24,472 nt of DNA from Candidatus Krumholzibacteriia bacterium (GCA_046754105.1 JBHHVD010000046.1:1-24472); one strand, 5' to 3'. Positions 1 through 10,194 are shown, counted from the first letter of the stretch. Made by a program: numbers and translations. Notes: a model not told the origin generated them from the sequence alone.

Positions 1-315
1 GGGGTCCAGGCCGAGCGCGCGCGCCTTTTCGATGACCTCTGTGCTCTCGCTGCCGGGGTTGAGGAACAGCTCCTTCGTCCCTTTCTGCGCGATTTCATCC
101 AGGACCTTCAACGTGACGGCGGGGGGCAGGTAGACCGATACGCGGTCGATGTCTTCGGGGATGTCGAGCACGGAGTGGAAGACGGTGAGGCCCTCGATGC
201 TCCGCTCGCGGGGATGCACGGGAAAGACCCGAAAACCCCGCTTGACGTAGGCGCGCACCGACTTGTTGCCGAACTTCGTGGGGTCGTTCGAGGCACCGAT
301 GATCGCGATGTTCAT
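1..315 (-). CDS. CoA-binding protein (YccU-like), 3' end runs off window
   Basis: Manual translation from ATG at 315: MNIAIIGASNDPTKFGNKSVRAYVKRGFRVFPVHP...DIPEDIDRVSVYLPPAVTLKVLDEIAQKG...FLNPGSES. The IAIIGAS, PVHP and NPG motifs fit the CoA_binding_2 family. Not in the ORF track because it is truncated. Confidence 0.88.
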   Translation of the reverse strand, partial: MNIAIIGASNDPTKFGNKSVRAYVKRGFRVFPVHPRERSIEGLTVFHSVLDIPEDIDRVSVYLPPAVTLKVLDEIAQKGTKELFLNPGSESTEVIEKARALGLDP

Positions 316-361
316 GCCAATGGACTCACGTATCCGCCGCGCACGGGCAGCGCGGCCCGTG

Positions 362-1102
362 CTAGTTGGTACTGCGGCTCTCGGCGTCCTGGTCCAGTGC
401 GGCCATCAGGTAGACCTTGCGCACGCCGAACCGCAACGCTTCCATCCGCGACGGGAACCAGATATCGACACGGTTGTCCCAGCGGGCATTCATCGAGTCT
501 TCCACCAGAAAGTCACCCAGACCCGGGATGTGGACGTAGTCCCCGAAGGAGAACGGGGCGTCGGGCGTGTACTTGTCGAGCAGGTCACGCGACATGGCGA
601 GGATGCCGTTGCGCGTGGGCGTATTGGCCGCCGTAACGAACGGGGAGCTGTCCGTTTCCCATACCGAGCTGGAATACCCCGTCGCCACTACTTTCACCAC
701 GACCTCGTCGCCATAGCGGAGGCTGTATCCCCCGTCGAGCAGGATCTCGGTCAGACGAGACTGCTCGGAGAGGAGCTCCCGGACCGACGACTCGAGAAAG
801 CCGGCCTCGGTTGCCGCGGCAAGGCTCATCGTCCGGTAGGCCCGCTTCTGGGCCATGTGACGGCTCCGCTCGACCACGTAGAGGATGGTCGGGGTGATCA
901 CCATCGCGGCGAGCACCACGCTCCACACGGCCCGGCCCCGCGTGAGCCCGGCCCGCAGCTCTAACGTCGAGCGGACGACCCGCTGCGGGACCTCGCCGAC
1001 GGCGAGCACTGCCACCGTGCGCACGTTGCCAAGGGCCAGCGCGATACGGTTGAACGCCCAGGTGCACTGCTGTTTCAGTCGTGATGCGTATTCGGGGTGC
1101 AT
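362..1102 (-). CDS. Membrane-anchored 3D-domain protein (MltA-related, putative peptidoglycan remodelling)
   Basis: C-terminal VATGYS...TAA...GILAMSRD...FGDYVHIPGLGDFLVEDSM...RVDIWF...ALRFG matches the 3D domain. One hydrophobic TM segment (VWSVVLAAMVITPTILYVV). Start placed at ATG 1102 with GGAGAG RBS rather than 1237. Confidence 0.82.
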   Translation of the reverse strand: MHPEYASRLKQQCTWAFNRIALALGNVRTVAVLAVGEVPQRVVRSTLELRAGLTRGRAVWSVVLAAMVITPTILYVVERSRHMAQKRAYRTMSLAAATEAGFLESSVRELLSEQSRLTEILLDGGYSLRYGDEVVVKVVATGYSSSVWETDSSPFVTAANTPTRNGILAMSRDLLDKYTPDAPFSFGDYVHIPGLGDFLVEDSMNARWDNRVDIWFPSRMEALRFGVRKVYLMAALDQDAESRSTN

Positions 1103-1174
1103 AGCTCTCCAATAGCAAAAAAACCAACTGTCGTTGGCTCGTCCGCCCCTGTGGGGCGCGAATTGACTACCATA

Positions 1175-1204
1175 ATTATACGGTTCGGGCACGCCGGGGG
1201 TCAA
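1175..1204 (-). promoter_or_regulatory. sigma70-type promoter for the 3D-domain gene
   Basis: Minus strand reads TTGACC-N18-TATAAT about 70 nt upstream of ATG 1102, which supports the shorter start. Confidence 0.7.
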
Positions 1205-1324
1205 CCCGAAAAGGCGGTTTCGGGGCGAGCGGTCCATATAATTCGTTCCTGAATAAGGAGATATGGCGTATTCTCCGAACGGCCCCGGGCGGAGCTGATG
1301 CCGCTCCCCGGCGCCGGGATCGGG

Positions 1325-2062
1325 TCAGGGCGAGGATTCGGGGCGGGTGTACTTGGTGAGCGGCTCGTCGGCGAACGCGCCCTTGAGAAACACCTCGGTG
1401 TTCGTGTCGGGGAAGTCCATGTAAACAGCTAGTTTGCGCTTGGCGTCGAGGTAGCCGTAGAAGGTCGACCCACTGGCGATCGTAAAGCGATACTTCGTGC
1501 ACACGCGCCGCGGGACCGTGTCGATCTCCACCTCGCTCTCGATGAGCGATGCGCAGCTTGCCGACGTAAAGTCCACCGGGAAGAACAGTTGCACCCGATT
1601 GATCAGCTCGTCCGACTCGGCGGCCGCGTTGAGCAGCAGCAACTGGTGCTCTATGATGTAGTTCTCGAAGATGAGCTTGCGCCCGGCGAGTTTCTTCCCC
1701 GAGGGAAATGCGGCGTCTTCCACCTGGAAATCCCCGGAGATCGAGTCGCCGTCGAACGAGATCGTACCCGATACCTTCTGACCGGCACGGATCCCCTCGT
1801 AGGAGAAGTACCGGGGGGAGAAATCGTCACGAGAAACCTCGGTGCGGGTGTGCAGGTCCAGGGAGAACTCCTCGAACGTCAGCTGGGAATGCGAGTTGAA
1901 GAGCAACACATCCTCCGTCTCGCTGATCTTGATGACCTCCTCGCCGGCGAACTCTCCGTAGACGTAGATGCGGTACGTGAGTTCGGCCGGAAACATGCCC
2001 GCCTGCGAGGCACCTGCGCCCACGGCGAGAAGGCCCGCGATTATGAGGAGAGATCGGCGCAT
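1325..2062 (-). CDS. Secreted hypothetical protein (beta-rich)
   Basis: 245-aa ORF with Sec signal peptide (MRRSLLIIAGLLAVGAGASQA). No catalytic motif recognised. Confidence 0.7.
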   Translation of the reverse strand: MRRSLLIIAGLLAVGAGASQAGMFPAELTYRIYVYGEFAGEEVIKISETEDVLLFNSHSQLTFEEFSLDLHTRTEVSRDDFSPRYFSYEGIRAGQKVSGTISFDGDSISGDFQVEDAAFPSGKKLAGRKLIFENYIIEHQLLLLNAAAESDELINRVQLFFPVDFTSASCASLIESEVEIDTVPRRVCTKYRFTIASGSTFYGYLDAKRKLAVYMDFPDTNTEVFLKGAFADEPLTKYTRPESSP

Positions 2063-2130
2063 GGTCGGAAGAGTATGGAGTATCTACGCCGGTTTTTCCA
2101 GCCAAAAAGGGGTTCCCGCCGTGCCCCCGG

Positions 2131-3624
2131 TCATTTCCGTTCCGCCAACGACTGCAGGAACCGAAGCGCCAGGTCCACGCCGTAACCCGTGGCCCCCTTG
2201 GCGTGGTACGGCACCTTGCCGCTATCGCTCCAGAAGGTGCCGGCGATGTCGACGTGGACCCAGGGTGTCTTGCCGACGAACTCCCGGAGCAGCGCCGCCG
2301 CCGTAATAGTCGACCCGTCCCGGCCGGAGTAGTTCTTGTAGTCTGAAATCTCGCCCTTTACCGACTCGGAAAAGAACTCGTCCAGGGGCAGCTGCCACAC
2401 CTGCTCGCCGGCCATCGCTCCCGCGTCGATGAGCCGGTCGATGTGGCTCTGGCTGTTTCCCATGACGCCGGCGATGTGGGTGCCGAGCGCTACGACCACG
2501 GCACCGGTCAGGGTCGCGAAATCCACGATGAGATCGGGTTTGAATTCCGTCGCGTAGGCAAGGGCGTCGGAGAGAATGAGGCGGCCCTCGGCGTCGGTAG
2601 ACAGGACCTCGATCGTCTTGCCCGAATACGTGGTGATGACGTCTCCCGGCCGGAACGCGTTGCCGCTGGGCATGTTCTCGACGGCGGGCACCAGTGCTAT
2701 GATCTCCAACGGCAGCTTCATGCGGGCCGCGGCCCCGATCACGCTGAGCACCAGGGCGCCGCCGGCCATGTCTCCCTTCATCTCGTCCATGTGCTGCCAC
2801 GGTTTGATCGAAATACCGCCCGTGTCGAAGGTCACCGCCTTGCCGACCAGGCAAACCCGGCCCCGCGTGGACTTGCCCTTGTTGTAATGCAGGCAGATAA
2901 AACGGGGCTCCTCGTTGCTTCCCTGCGCCACGCCCAGCACGGCGCCCATCTTCATTTTCTCCAGCTCGCGCCGCCCGAGAATGCGGCAGGTGAGACCGTG
3001 GTCTTTGGCCAGCGTTCGAGCTTCCGCGGCCAGCCGCAGGGGCGTAAGGACGTTGGCCGGCAGGTTGACGAGGTCGCGGACCTTCTCGTTGTGCTCGGAG
3101 ACCATGCGAGCGCGCCGTATCGCGTTCGAGACGGCCTTGCCGTCGCCGGCCATGAGCTCCAGCCGCTTGATCCCGACGGCCTTCGTGTTCGTCTGGCCGA
3201 GAAAGAACCGGTACTGGGCGAGCAGAAATCCTTTCAGGAAAGGATGCAGGCGCTCGTCCGGCGCGTCCTCGAGGGCATCCGCCGCGAGCAGGTGAACCGT
3301 GGTAAAACGGTGCTTCTTCAGGACCCGCGAAGCGGCGCCGCCGGCCCTCGCCATGCGTTCCGGATTGGCGGCTCGCGTCGGTCCCAGACCCAGCAGCAGG
3401 ACATGGTCCGGCGCCTTGGGGAGGTGGAGCGCCAGGAGCAGGGTCTCGCCGGGTTCGCCCTTGAAATGGCCGCTCCCCAGCGTGCGGCTGATGGCCGAGC
3501 GGCACAACACGTCGAGCTTCCTCGCCGCCCCGGCGGGTTTCTTGTCGCCGGAGTGCAGCGGCAAAACGACGACGTCCTCTTTGCCGGTAAACTCCGGTTT
3601 AACGCGAACGATACGATTGATCAT
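2131..3624 (-). CDS. pepA: Leucyl aminopeptidase (M17)
   Basis: VGKAVTFDTGGISIK, MKGDMAGGA, STDAEGRLILSD, ATLTGA and WVHVDIAGT M17 motifs. Confidence 0.95.
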   Translation of the reverse strand: MINRIVRVKPEFTGKEDVVVLPLHSGDKKPAGAARKLDVLCRSAISRTLGSGHFKGEPGETLLLALHLPKAPDHVLLLGLGPTRAANPERMARAGGAASRVLKKHRFTTVHLLAADALEDAPDERLHPFLKGFLLAQYRFFLGQTNTKAVGIKRLELMAGDGKAVSNAIRRARMVSEHNEKVRDLVNLPANVLTPLRLAAEARTLAKDHGLTCRILGRRELEKMKMGAVLGVAQGSNEEPRFICLHYNKGKSTRGRVCLVGKAVTFDTGGISIKPWQHMDEMKGDMAGGALVLSVIGAAARMKLPLEIIALVPAVENMPSGNAFRPGDVITTYSGKTIEVLSTDAEGRLILSDALAYATEFKPDLIVDFATLTGAVVVALGTHIAGVMGNSQSHIDRLIDAGAMAGEQVWQLPLDEFFSESVKGEISDYKNYSGRDGSTITAAALLREFVGKTPWVHVDIAGTFWSDSGKVPYHAKGATGYGVDLALRFLQSLAERK

Positions 3625-3648
3625 GACGCTCCGCGTGGAAAGAGTACT

Positions 3649-3882
3649 TCAAGGGTGTGTCCGCTCGGTGCGGCGACGAGACGAAGCGGTGGTTTTTTCC
3701 GGAAAGTAAAGCGCACCCGTCGGGCAAACACGTATGCACAGGGAGCAATTATCGCACAGGGGCTCGGCCAGCTCAAGCGCCAATGCGTCCATGTTGAGTG
3801 CGAGCGTGTGGCACACCGAAGGACACGCGGCACAACTCACACAGCGGCCGTAGTCGATCTTCAGCCGGCAGCGCTCTACCAT
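3649..3882 (-). CDS. 2x[4Fe-4S] ferredoxin
   Basis: CVSCAACPSVC and CDNCSLCIRVCP motifs. ATG at 3882 overlaps the stop region of the upstream reductase gene. Confidence 0.88.
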   Translation of the reverse strand: MVERCRLKIDYGRCVSCAACPSVCHTLALNMDALALELAEPLCDNCSLCIRVCPTGALYFPEKTTASSRRRTERTHP

Positions 3883-5093
3883 AGCATCTTGCCCGCCTGC
3901 CATAGTACTCCCGGAGTGGCCATGAACGCGGCCCGGAACACGTCGGCGTAGTCGGCGATCGCGCCCGGCCGTGCGCGTACCGCCTTGTCGAGAACCGACA
4001 CGACGTTATTCATGTTGTCGTCGTCAAGCTTGAAAAACAATTCCCGCAGCTTGAAGAATTTCTGAATGAGGTGCCCGTTGCGATCGTGCCACGCCCTGTC
4101 GTAGGCGCGCAGGGATTTCGGGCTGAGGTCGTCCCGTTCGAACGCTGCGAGCACGACCCTGTGCGCCTCGTCGGCGCCTTCGAGGGCGTTCATGATACCA
4201 CCTCCGGAGAACGGGTTGTTCTGCCGGCCCGCTTCACCGACCAGCAGAACACCGTCGGCGACCATGGTCTCGAGGGGTTTCGACCCGGAGACCCCGCCCG
4301 CGACCACCCTCAGTACGCTGGCACGGGGGTAGCGGGCCGCGACGAACCGGTCCAGGTACTCGCGTGCCGTGCCCCGCCGGGCCTTCGTCGGGTGGACGCC
4401 CAGTCCCACGTTGGCGCGACCGGGTCCCTTGGGGAATACCCACGCGTAGCCTCCGGGTGCGCAGTCGGTTCCGAGGTAGAGCTCGATCACGTCGTCCGGA
4501 AAGTCGCCGCCTTCGAGCAGGTACTCGATCGCCGAGTGTATGTTGCGCGGCCGCAGGTGGCCGGCGAGCTTCGCCCAGCGGCCGCACCAACCCTCGATGC
4601 CATCGGCTCCCACGACGAGGCGCGCTTCGACGTCATACGTCGTGCCGGTATGGTGATTCTTGACGGTAACGCCGGTAACCGCGTCGCCGCGCCACGTCAA
4701 CGCGGTCACCTCGTTCCAGGTGCGCACGTCGGCGCCCCATTCCGCGGCCTGCCGGGCCAACGCCTGGTCGAATACATCCCGCCGTAGCATGAGCCCGACG
4801 CCCGGCAGACGCTTTTCGACGTAACGCCCGTCTGGTGCGTACATGCGCGCCGCGTTAATGTCGGCGACGATCCACGATTCGTCGACGGGGATGAAATGCG
4901 ACATCTCGGAGCGGCTGCCCGCGGCCTCGCCGCAGCGCACCGGAACGCCGACGCGGGGGCGCTTCTCGAGAGCGATGACACTGATACCGTCCCGGGCGAG
5001 CCGCCCGGCGAGAAGCCCGCCCGCGACGCCGCAGCCGACAACGGCGACGTCGACTCTTTCCGGCACCGCGTGGTTATTGCCCTGTGGGCTCAT
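3876..5093 (-). CDS. Geranylgeranyl reductase family FAD oxidoreductase (DGGR/MenJ-like)
   Basis: VVGCGVAG FAD-binding motif, PVRCGEA, RDVFDQAL, GADG, PGGYAWVFPKG and NPFSGGGI. Confidence 0.88.
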   Translation of the reverse strand: MSPQGNNHAVPERVDVAVVGCGVAGGLLAGRLARDGISVIALEKRPRVGVPVRCGEAAGSRSEMSHFIPVDESWIVADINAARMYAPDGRYVEKRLPGVGLMLRRDVFDQALARQAAEWGADVRTWNEVTALTWRGDAVTGVTVKNHHTGTTYDVEARLVVGADGIEGWCGRWAKLAGHLRPRNIHSAIEYLLEGGDFPDDVIELYLGTDCAPGGYAWVFPKGPGRANVGLGVHPTKARRGTAREYLDRFVAARYPRASVLRVVAGGVSGSKPLETMVADGVLLVGEAGRQNNPFSGGGIMNALEGADEAHRVVLAAFERDDLSPKSLRAYDRAWHDRNGHLIQKFFKLRELFFKLDDDNMNNVVSVLDKAVRARPGAIADYADVFRAAFMATPGVLWQAGKMLW

Positions 5094-5102
5094 GGGAGTG
5101 GT

Positions 5103-5903
5103 TCAGAAGAATTTCGACACGCCGACGTTCAGGACGAACCCCGTGTAGTCGACGTCGAACGATAGTGGTATAGGGGCGGTCTGCGCGGGAATCTCGATCT
5201 TGCTCTGGGCGATCTGGACCCTTCCTTCGAGGTGAACCGCGACCGAGTTCTTCAAATGGTAAAGAAATCCCAGGATGGCGTGCACGCCGGGGTTGGCGCT
5301 GTTTTTCGAGACGTCCCGGCCGCCGGGAAAGGGCAGGCCGGTCGCGTCATCCGTAAACGTTTCGTCGAAGCTCGCCAGCGGGAAATACGTGCTGAACCCA
5401 CCGCCGAGGTAGGTTTGAAACTCGTCCACCGACGCATCCTGGAAATAATAGATGGCCGATCCTTCGACGGACAGCAGCACGACGTCGAACTCCCGGACGA
5501 AGCTGACCAGCGTGGAGATGGTGTCGGCCGGTGACGCCAGGACCGCCGCCTTGCCGACGCTCTCGGAAGAGAGAAAGCCCGCTCCGCCCTTGAGCCGGAA
5601 GGCGAACTGCGGGTGCATCTTGACGGTGTAGGTCAGATCGGCCTGTAAGCCCGTGCTGAAGTCATCCGTACTCAGAAAACGCTTGAACGGATCGTCCACG
5701 GAACGGTCGAGGAAACCCCACATGTCCTCGCTGTCCGCCCCGCCGAGAAAACCGATGCTCAGCGTCAGCGACTTCCGTGGAATGGGTCCATGGTATTTCC
5801 GCGGCTTCAAGATTGGTTTGGCCCGTAATTGTGGGGTGGGGGGTACGACCAGGTAGGACAGCAGCAGCGCAACCAAAAATGTCGCCAATGAACGTGTTTT
5901 CAT
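5103..5903 (-). CDS. Outer-membrane beta-barrel protein
   Basis: Signal peptide, alternating beta-strand pattern (YLGGGFS, GVHAILGFLY), C-terminal YTGFVLNVGVSKFF with terminal Phe. GGAGGTG RBS. Confidence 0.75.
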   Translation of the reverse strand: MKTRSLATFLVALLLSYLVVPPTPQLRAKPILKPRKYHGPIPRKSLTLSIGFLGGADSEDMWGFLDRSVDDPFKRFLSTDDFSTGLQADLTYTVKMHPQFAFRLKGGAGFLSSESVGKAAVLASPADTISTLVSFVREFDVVLLSVEGSAIYYFQDASVDEFQTYLGGGFSTYFPLASFDETFTDDATGLPFPGGRDVSKNSANPGVHAILGFLYHLKNSVAVHLEGRVQIAQSKIEIPAQTAPIPLSFDVDYTGFVLNVGVSKFF

Positions 5904-5915
5904 TCACACCTCCGT

Positions 5916-5939
5916 ACGCTTTTTAATATACAAAAGCGT
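5916..5939. promoter_or_regulatory. Palindrome ACGCTTTT-N8-AAAAGCGT, possible operator in the promoter region of the OMP gene
   Basis: Perfect 8-bp inverted repeat between the RBS and a minus-strand TTGACA (5946-5951). Confidence 0.4.
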
Positions 5940-6041
5940 CCGCAATGTCAACTTTTTCTTTCGGTTAATTGATGCCGGTCAAGAAACGGACTCTCCGGAC
6001 AGCGGAGCGTGCGTTGCGGCCCATGGGCTCCTGCTTAACCC

Positions 6042-6070
6042 TTGACACACTGTTTTTCGGCTGTTAGAGT
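6042..6070 (+). promoter_or_regulatory. sigma70-type promoter of the phosphatase-ilvE-glyA block
   Basis: TTGACA-N17-TAGAGT with extended -10 TG. Confidence 0.7.
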
Positions 6071-6100
6071 GAGGGCACATATAATCGAAGGGTAACGCCG

Positions 6101-6571
6101 GTGAAGAACATACTCTTTGTTTGTACGGGAAATACGTGCCGGAGTCCGTTAGCAGAGGGAATCGCCAGGAAACTGTTTTCGCAAAGCAAGAGGCAGGACT
6201 ACCACGCAGGTTCGGCCGGTTCCGCGGCCGTTGATGGAGCGCCCGCATCCCCGCTGGCCGTTGAAGTCGCAGGCGCAAACGCGATAGATCTCACCAAACA
6301 TCGGGCCAGATTACTGAGTAGATCGCTGGTAACAGAAGCGGACTTGATCGTGGCAATGGCGTCCGGCCACCGGGATACGGTTGGAGTCATCGAGCCGTCC
6401 GCCCTCGGGTACACGTTTCTGATGAGCGATTTTTGTGAAGCGGTGGAGGGCGACATTACCGATCCCATCGGAATGGGGCGCGAAGTATACGAGGAGGCCT
6501 TTTCAGCGATCGAAAAGTGTGTCAGGGAAATGCACGACAAAATAGAATCATTTGATGGTTGGAGAGAATAG
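6101..6571 (+). CDS. Low-molecular-weight protein arginine/tyrosine phosphatase (YwlE-like)
   Basis: P-loop FVCTGNTCRSPLAE and DITDPIG. The CTGNTCRS variant is typical of YwlE-type enzymes. Confidence 0.9.
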   Translation: MKNILFVCTGNTCRSPLAEGIARKLFSQSKRQDYHAGSAGSAAVDGAPASPLAVEVAGANAIDLTKHRARLLSRSLVTEADLIVAMASGHRDTVGVIEPSALGYTFLMSDFCEAVEGDITDPIGMGREVYEEAFSAIEKCVREMHDKIESFDGWRE

Positions 6572-6595
6572 AGAGGGCAGATAGGGAGGTCACGT

Positions 6596-7516
6596 ATGGC
6601 GCTCGACAAGACCGACAAGATTTGGATGGATGGGGAATTCGTCGACTGGGACGACGCGAAGATACACGTGTGCTCTCACGTCGTCCATTACGGCTCGGCC
6701 GTGTTCGAGGGAATGAGGTCGTACAAGACGCCCAGGGGTACCATGGCGTTTCGGCTGGACGCCCACGTGAGTCGATTGTTCGATTCCGCAAAGATTTATC
6801 GCATGGAAATACCTTTTTCGAAAAAAGAAATATCGGACGCGATCCTGGAGACCATCCGAGTAAACAACCTGGATGCGTGCTACATAAGGCCCGTCGTCTA
6901 CCGCGGCTACGAAGAGCTGGGCGTCAATCCGTTCCCCAATCCCATCAACGTGATCGTTGCGGTGTGGAAATGGGGGAAGTACCTCGGTGCCGACGCGCTC
7001 GAGAACGGGGTGGACGTGTGCGTGTCTTCATGGACGCGCATCGCTCCCAACACCCTGCCCGCGTTATCGAAATCCGCGGCCAACTACATGAACTCGCAGC
7101 TCATAAAGATGGAAGCGATCACTAACGGGTATGTCGAGGGTATCGCGCTCGACGCAGCGGGGTACGTGAGTGAGGGCAGTGGTGAGAACCTCTTCGTGGT
7201 TCGGAACGGCACGGTTTGCACTCCGCCGCTCGGCGCCTCGGTGCTGCCCGGGATCACCCGCGACTGTGCGCTCCACGGCGCGCGGGAGCTCGGCATCCCG
7301 GTTAGCGAGCAGATGATCCCGCGGGAGGCCCTCTACGTGGCGGACGAAGTGTTTTTCACCGGCAGCGCGGCAGAGATCACGCCGATACGCTCCGTCGATA
7401 AAATCAAGATCGGCGAGGGCAAGCGGGGTCCGGTCACCCGGAAGCTCCAGGAGTATTTCTTCGGGGTGCTATCCGGCGAGGTCGAAGACCCGGCCAATTG
7501 GTTGACGCCCGTATGA
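6596..7516 (+). CDS. ilvE: Branched-chain amino acid aminotransferase
   Basis: [57 protein letters not shown]. Confidence 0.96.
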   Translation: MALDKTDKIWMDGEFVDWDDAKIHVCSHVVHYGSAVFEGMRSYKTPRGTMAFRLDAHVSRLFDSAKIYRMEIPFSKKEISDAILETIRVNNLDACYIRPVVYRGYEELGVNPFPNPINVIVAVWKWGKYLGADALENGVDVCVSSWTRIAPNTLPALSKSAANYMNSQLIKMEAITNGYVEGIALDAAGYVSEGSGENLFVVRNGTVCTPPLGASVLPGITRDCALHGARELGIPVSEQMIPREALYVADEVFFTGSAAEITPIRSVDKIKIGEGKRGPVTRKLQEYFFGVLSGEVEDPANWLTPV

Positions 7517-7530
7517 GAGCCGGAGACAGA

Positions 7531-8808
7531 GTGCCGAACAACGCCCATGTGAACCAGGACTTCGAGCTGCTCGAGCAGACAGACCCGGAAGTCGCCGCCG
7601 CGATAAGTGCCGAGGTGGTCCGTCAGCACAGCCAGCTCGAAATGATCGCGTCGGAGAACTTCGCCAGCCGCGCCGTGCTCGCCGCCGTCGGATCGGTGAT
7701 GAACAACAAGTACGCCGAGGGGTATCCCGGCAAGCGCTACTACGGGGGCTGCGCCGAGGTAGACAAGGTAGAGATCCTCGCCCAGGACAGGGCAAAGATT
7801 CTTTTCGCAGCCGAACACGTCAACGTCCAGCCGCACTCGGGCAGCCAGGCCAACATGACGGCGTATTTTTCGTTGTTGTCGTACGGCGACAAGATCATGG
7901 GTCTGAGTTTGTCGCACGGCGGACACCTGACCCACGGGCACCCCGTGAACTTCTCCGGCATGTTCTTCGAGGTGGTGCATTACACGGTGGACAAAGACAC
8001 CGGTGCCATCGACTACGATGCCCTGGAGAAACAGGTCATGCAGGAGCGCCCGAGAATGTTCGTCGCGGGGGCGAGCGCGTACGCGCGCACGCTGGATTTT
8101 CCGCGCCTCAGGGACATCTGCGACAAGGCGTCCTGTTATCTCATGGTGGACATGGCGCATATCGCGGGCCTCGTTGCGGCCGGCGTCCATCCCAATCCCT
8201 CGCCGTATGCCGACCTGGTTACGAGCACGACGCACAAGACCTTGCGCGGGCCCCGGGGCGGTTTCGTCATCAGCAAGGAAGAACACCGGGAGAAAGTCGA
8301 CAAGATAAACTTTCCCGGCACGCAGGGCGGACCGTTCATGCACGCGATTGCGGCAAAAGCGGTTTGCTTCAAAGAGGCGATGAGCGAAGAGTTCAAGGCC
8401 TATCAACTGCAGGTGGTCAACAACGCGAACGCCCTCGCCCGGTGTTTCATGGATAACGGCTTCGACGTCGTGTCCGGCGGCACGGACACGCACCTGTTCC
8501 TGCTCGACCTGAGCTCGAAAGATCTTACGGGAAAGAAGGCGGAGAAGGCGCTCGAACGGGCCGGGATAACGGTGAACAAGAACACGGTGCCGTTCGATAC
8601 CAGGAGCCCGTTTGTTACGAGCGGCATTCGCATCGGCACTCCGGCCCTGACGAGCCGCGGCATGAAGGAGCCGGAAATGACGAAGATAGCCGGTTTGATG
8701 GTCCGGGTACTCGAGAACATCGACGACGACAGGACGATCGAAGCGGTCGGCGGGGAAACACGCGCCCTCTGCGAGACGTTCCCGCTTTATGCAGAATACC
8801 GAAGCTGA
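7531..8808 (+). CDS. glyA: Serine hydroxymethyltransferase
   Basis: [49 protein letters not shown]. Start is GTG 7531 (GGAG RBS) or ATG 7513 overlapping the ilvE stop. Confidence 0.97.
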   Translation: MPNNAHVNQDFELLEQTDPEVAAAISAEVVRQHSQLEMIASENFASRAVLAAVGSVMNNKYAEGYPGKRYYGGCAEVDKVEILAQDRAKILFAAEHVNVQPHSGSQANMTAYFSLLSYGDKIMGLSLSHGGHLTHGHPVNFSGMFFEVVHYTVDKDTGAIDYDALEKQVMQERPRMFVAGASAYARTLDFPRLRDICDKASCYLMVDMAHIAGLVAAGVHPNPSPYADLVTSTTHKTLRGPRGGFVISKEEHREKVDKINFPGTQGGPFMHAIAAKAVCFKEAMSEEFKAYQLQVVNNANALARCFMDNGFDVVSGGTDTHLFLLDLSSKDLTGKKAEKALERAGITVNKNTVPFDTRSPFVTSGIRIGTPALTSRGMKEPEMTKIAGLMVRVLENIDDDRTIEAVGGETRALCETFPLYAEYRS

Positions 8809-8895
8809 CCCCAGGACAGATTGCCCTTTGCGCCGGATGCACCAGGAACGGCGGCCCGGCCGCACGGTTCGCCGGCAGGAGAAGGTGGATAGCGG

Positions 8896-9372
8896 ATGAG
8901 ATGTCCGCAGTGCAATCACATGGAGGACAAGGTCGTCGACTCGCGAACCACTCGTGAGGGGGAGGCGATTCGCAGGCGCAGGGAATGCCTCAAGTGCGGC
9001 AAGAGGTACACGACGTACGAGTACATCGAGAAGGCGCCTTTAATGGTCGTCAAGAAAGACGGCAGGCGTGAGGCCTACGATCGAGAGAAACTCTACGCCG
9101 GGTTGATTAGGGCGTGTGAGAAGCGCCCCGTGTCGCGCAAACAGTTAGAGACTCTCGTCGAGGAGGTGGAGAGCGCTACTTTTGGCAAGTTCAAACATGA
9201 GATTCAATCCGACGAATTGGGCAACGAGATCATCGACCGGCTGCAGGTGCTCGATGAAGTGGCGTACGTACGTTTTGCATCGGTGTACCGGCACTTCAAG
9301 GACATCAATCAGTTCATGAGCGAGATCAAGGGGATTCTCGTCGATAAGAATAGAAAGAAGGAAAGCGGCTGA
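8896..9372 (+). CDS. nrdR: Transcriptional repressor NrdR
   Basis: MRCPQC...KVVDSR...IRRRRECLKC zinc ribbon, ATP cone, VAYVRFASVY. Confidence 0.97.
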   Translation: MRCPQCNHMEDKVVDSRTTREGEAIRRRRECLKCGKRYTTYEYIEKAPLMVVKKDGRREAYDREKLYAGLIRACEKRPVSRKQLETLVEEVESATFGKFKHEIQSDELGNEIIDRLQVLDEVAYVRFASVYRHFKDINQFMSEIKGILVDKNRKKESG

Positions 9373-9408
9373 TCCGACCCGTGGGTCATCGGCTCCCAGC
9401 GTGAAAAA

Positions 9409-10194
9409 GTGAAAACGCCCGGCAACGACGTCCGAGAGAAAAGTCGCGAAGAACTTCGCGAAATGTCCTTCTTCGATCACCTTGAAGACCTGCGGGGCGT
9501 GATAATCCAGTCGCTGGTCGCTATCTTCCTGCTGACCGTAGCCTGCTGGTTTCTAAGCGGTCGGATTCTGGACCTGCTCATCAAGGATCTCCCCGTACAG
9601 AGCCTGTATTTCAGTTCACCGTTGGGGGCGTTCACGATACGCCTGCGCATAAGCCTCGTGCTGGGAGTCGTGATCGCCTTTCCGTTTGTCCTCTATAAGG
9701 TGTGGTCGTTTGTGGCACCGGGCCTGTTCTCCGTCGAGCGCCGGCGGGTGTATCCGCTGGTGATCAGCAGCGCGACGCTGTTCTATATCGGTATACTCTT
9801 CTGTTACGCGATCCTGATTCCTTTCGTTCTCAAGTTTCTGTTGAGCTTCGGCACGGATAACCTCAACCCGTTGTTGTCCGTAAGCGCGTATTTCGCCTTC
9901 GTGGCGAGACTGTGCTTCACATTCGGGATCGTGTTTCAAATCCCGATCGTGGTGCTCGTGCTAAGTTCGCTGGGGTTGGTAACGCCGCGCTGGTTACTCA
10001 AGCAATGGCGCTACGGCGTGATTATCATATTCACGGGCTCGGCGATACTTACGCCCCCGGACATCGTCTCACAACTGATGATGGCGCTCCCCATACTGCT
10101 GCTCTACATTGGGAGCATCCTGGTCGCGTTCGTGGTCGTGCGCAGGAAGAGCGAGAGGCAAGATAAGGAGGCGGGAACCGAGGACAGCTTGTGA
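9409..10194 (+). CDS. tatC: Twin-arginine translocase subunit TatC
   Basis: MSFFDHLEDLR, WSFVAPGL..E, FGIVFQIP, AILTPPD and multiple TM segments. Start could be ATG 9463. Confidence 0.95.
   Translation: MKTPGNDVREKSREELREMSFFDHLEDLRGVIIQSLVAIFLLTVACWFLSGRILDLLIKDLPVQSLYFSSPLGAFTIRLRISLVLGVVIAFPFVLYKVWSFVAPGLFSVERRRVYPLVISSATLFYIGILFCYAILIPFVLKFLLSFGTDNLNPLLSVSAYFAFVARLCFTFGIVFQIPIVVLVLSSLGLVTPRWLLKQWRYGVIIIFTGSAILTPPDIVSQLMMALPILLLYIGSILVAFVVVRRKSERQDKEAGTEDSL

Noticed and set aside
1103..1320. c-di-AMP (ydaO) riboswitch upstream of the 3D-domain gene
   Set aside because: Expected for such genes, but the conserved motifs are not visible and the promoter leaves only about 65 nt of leader.
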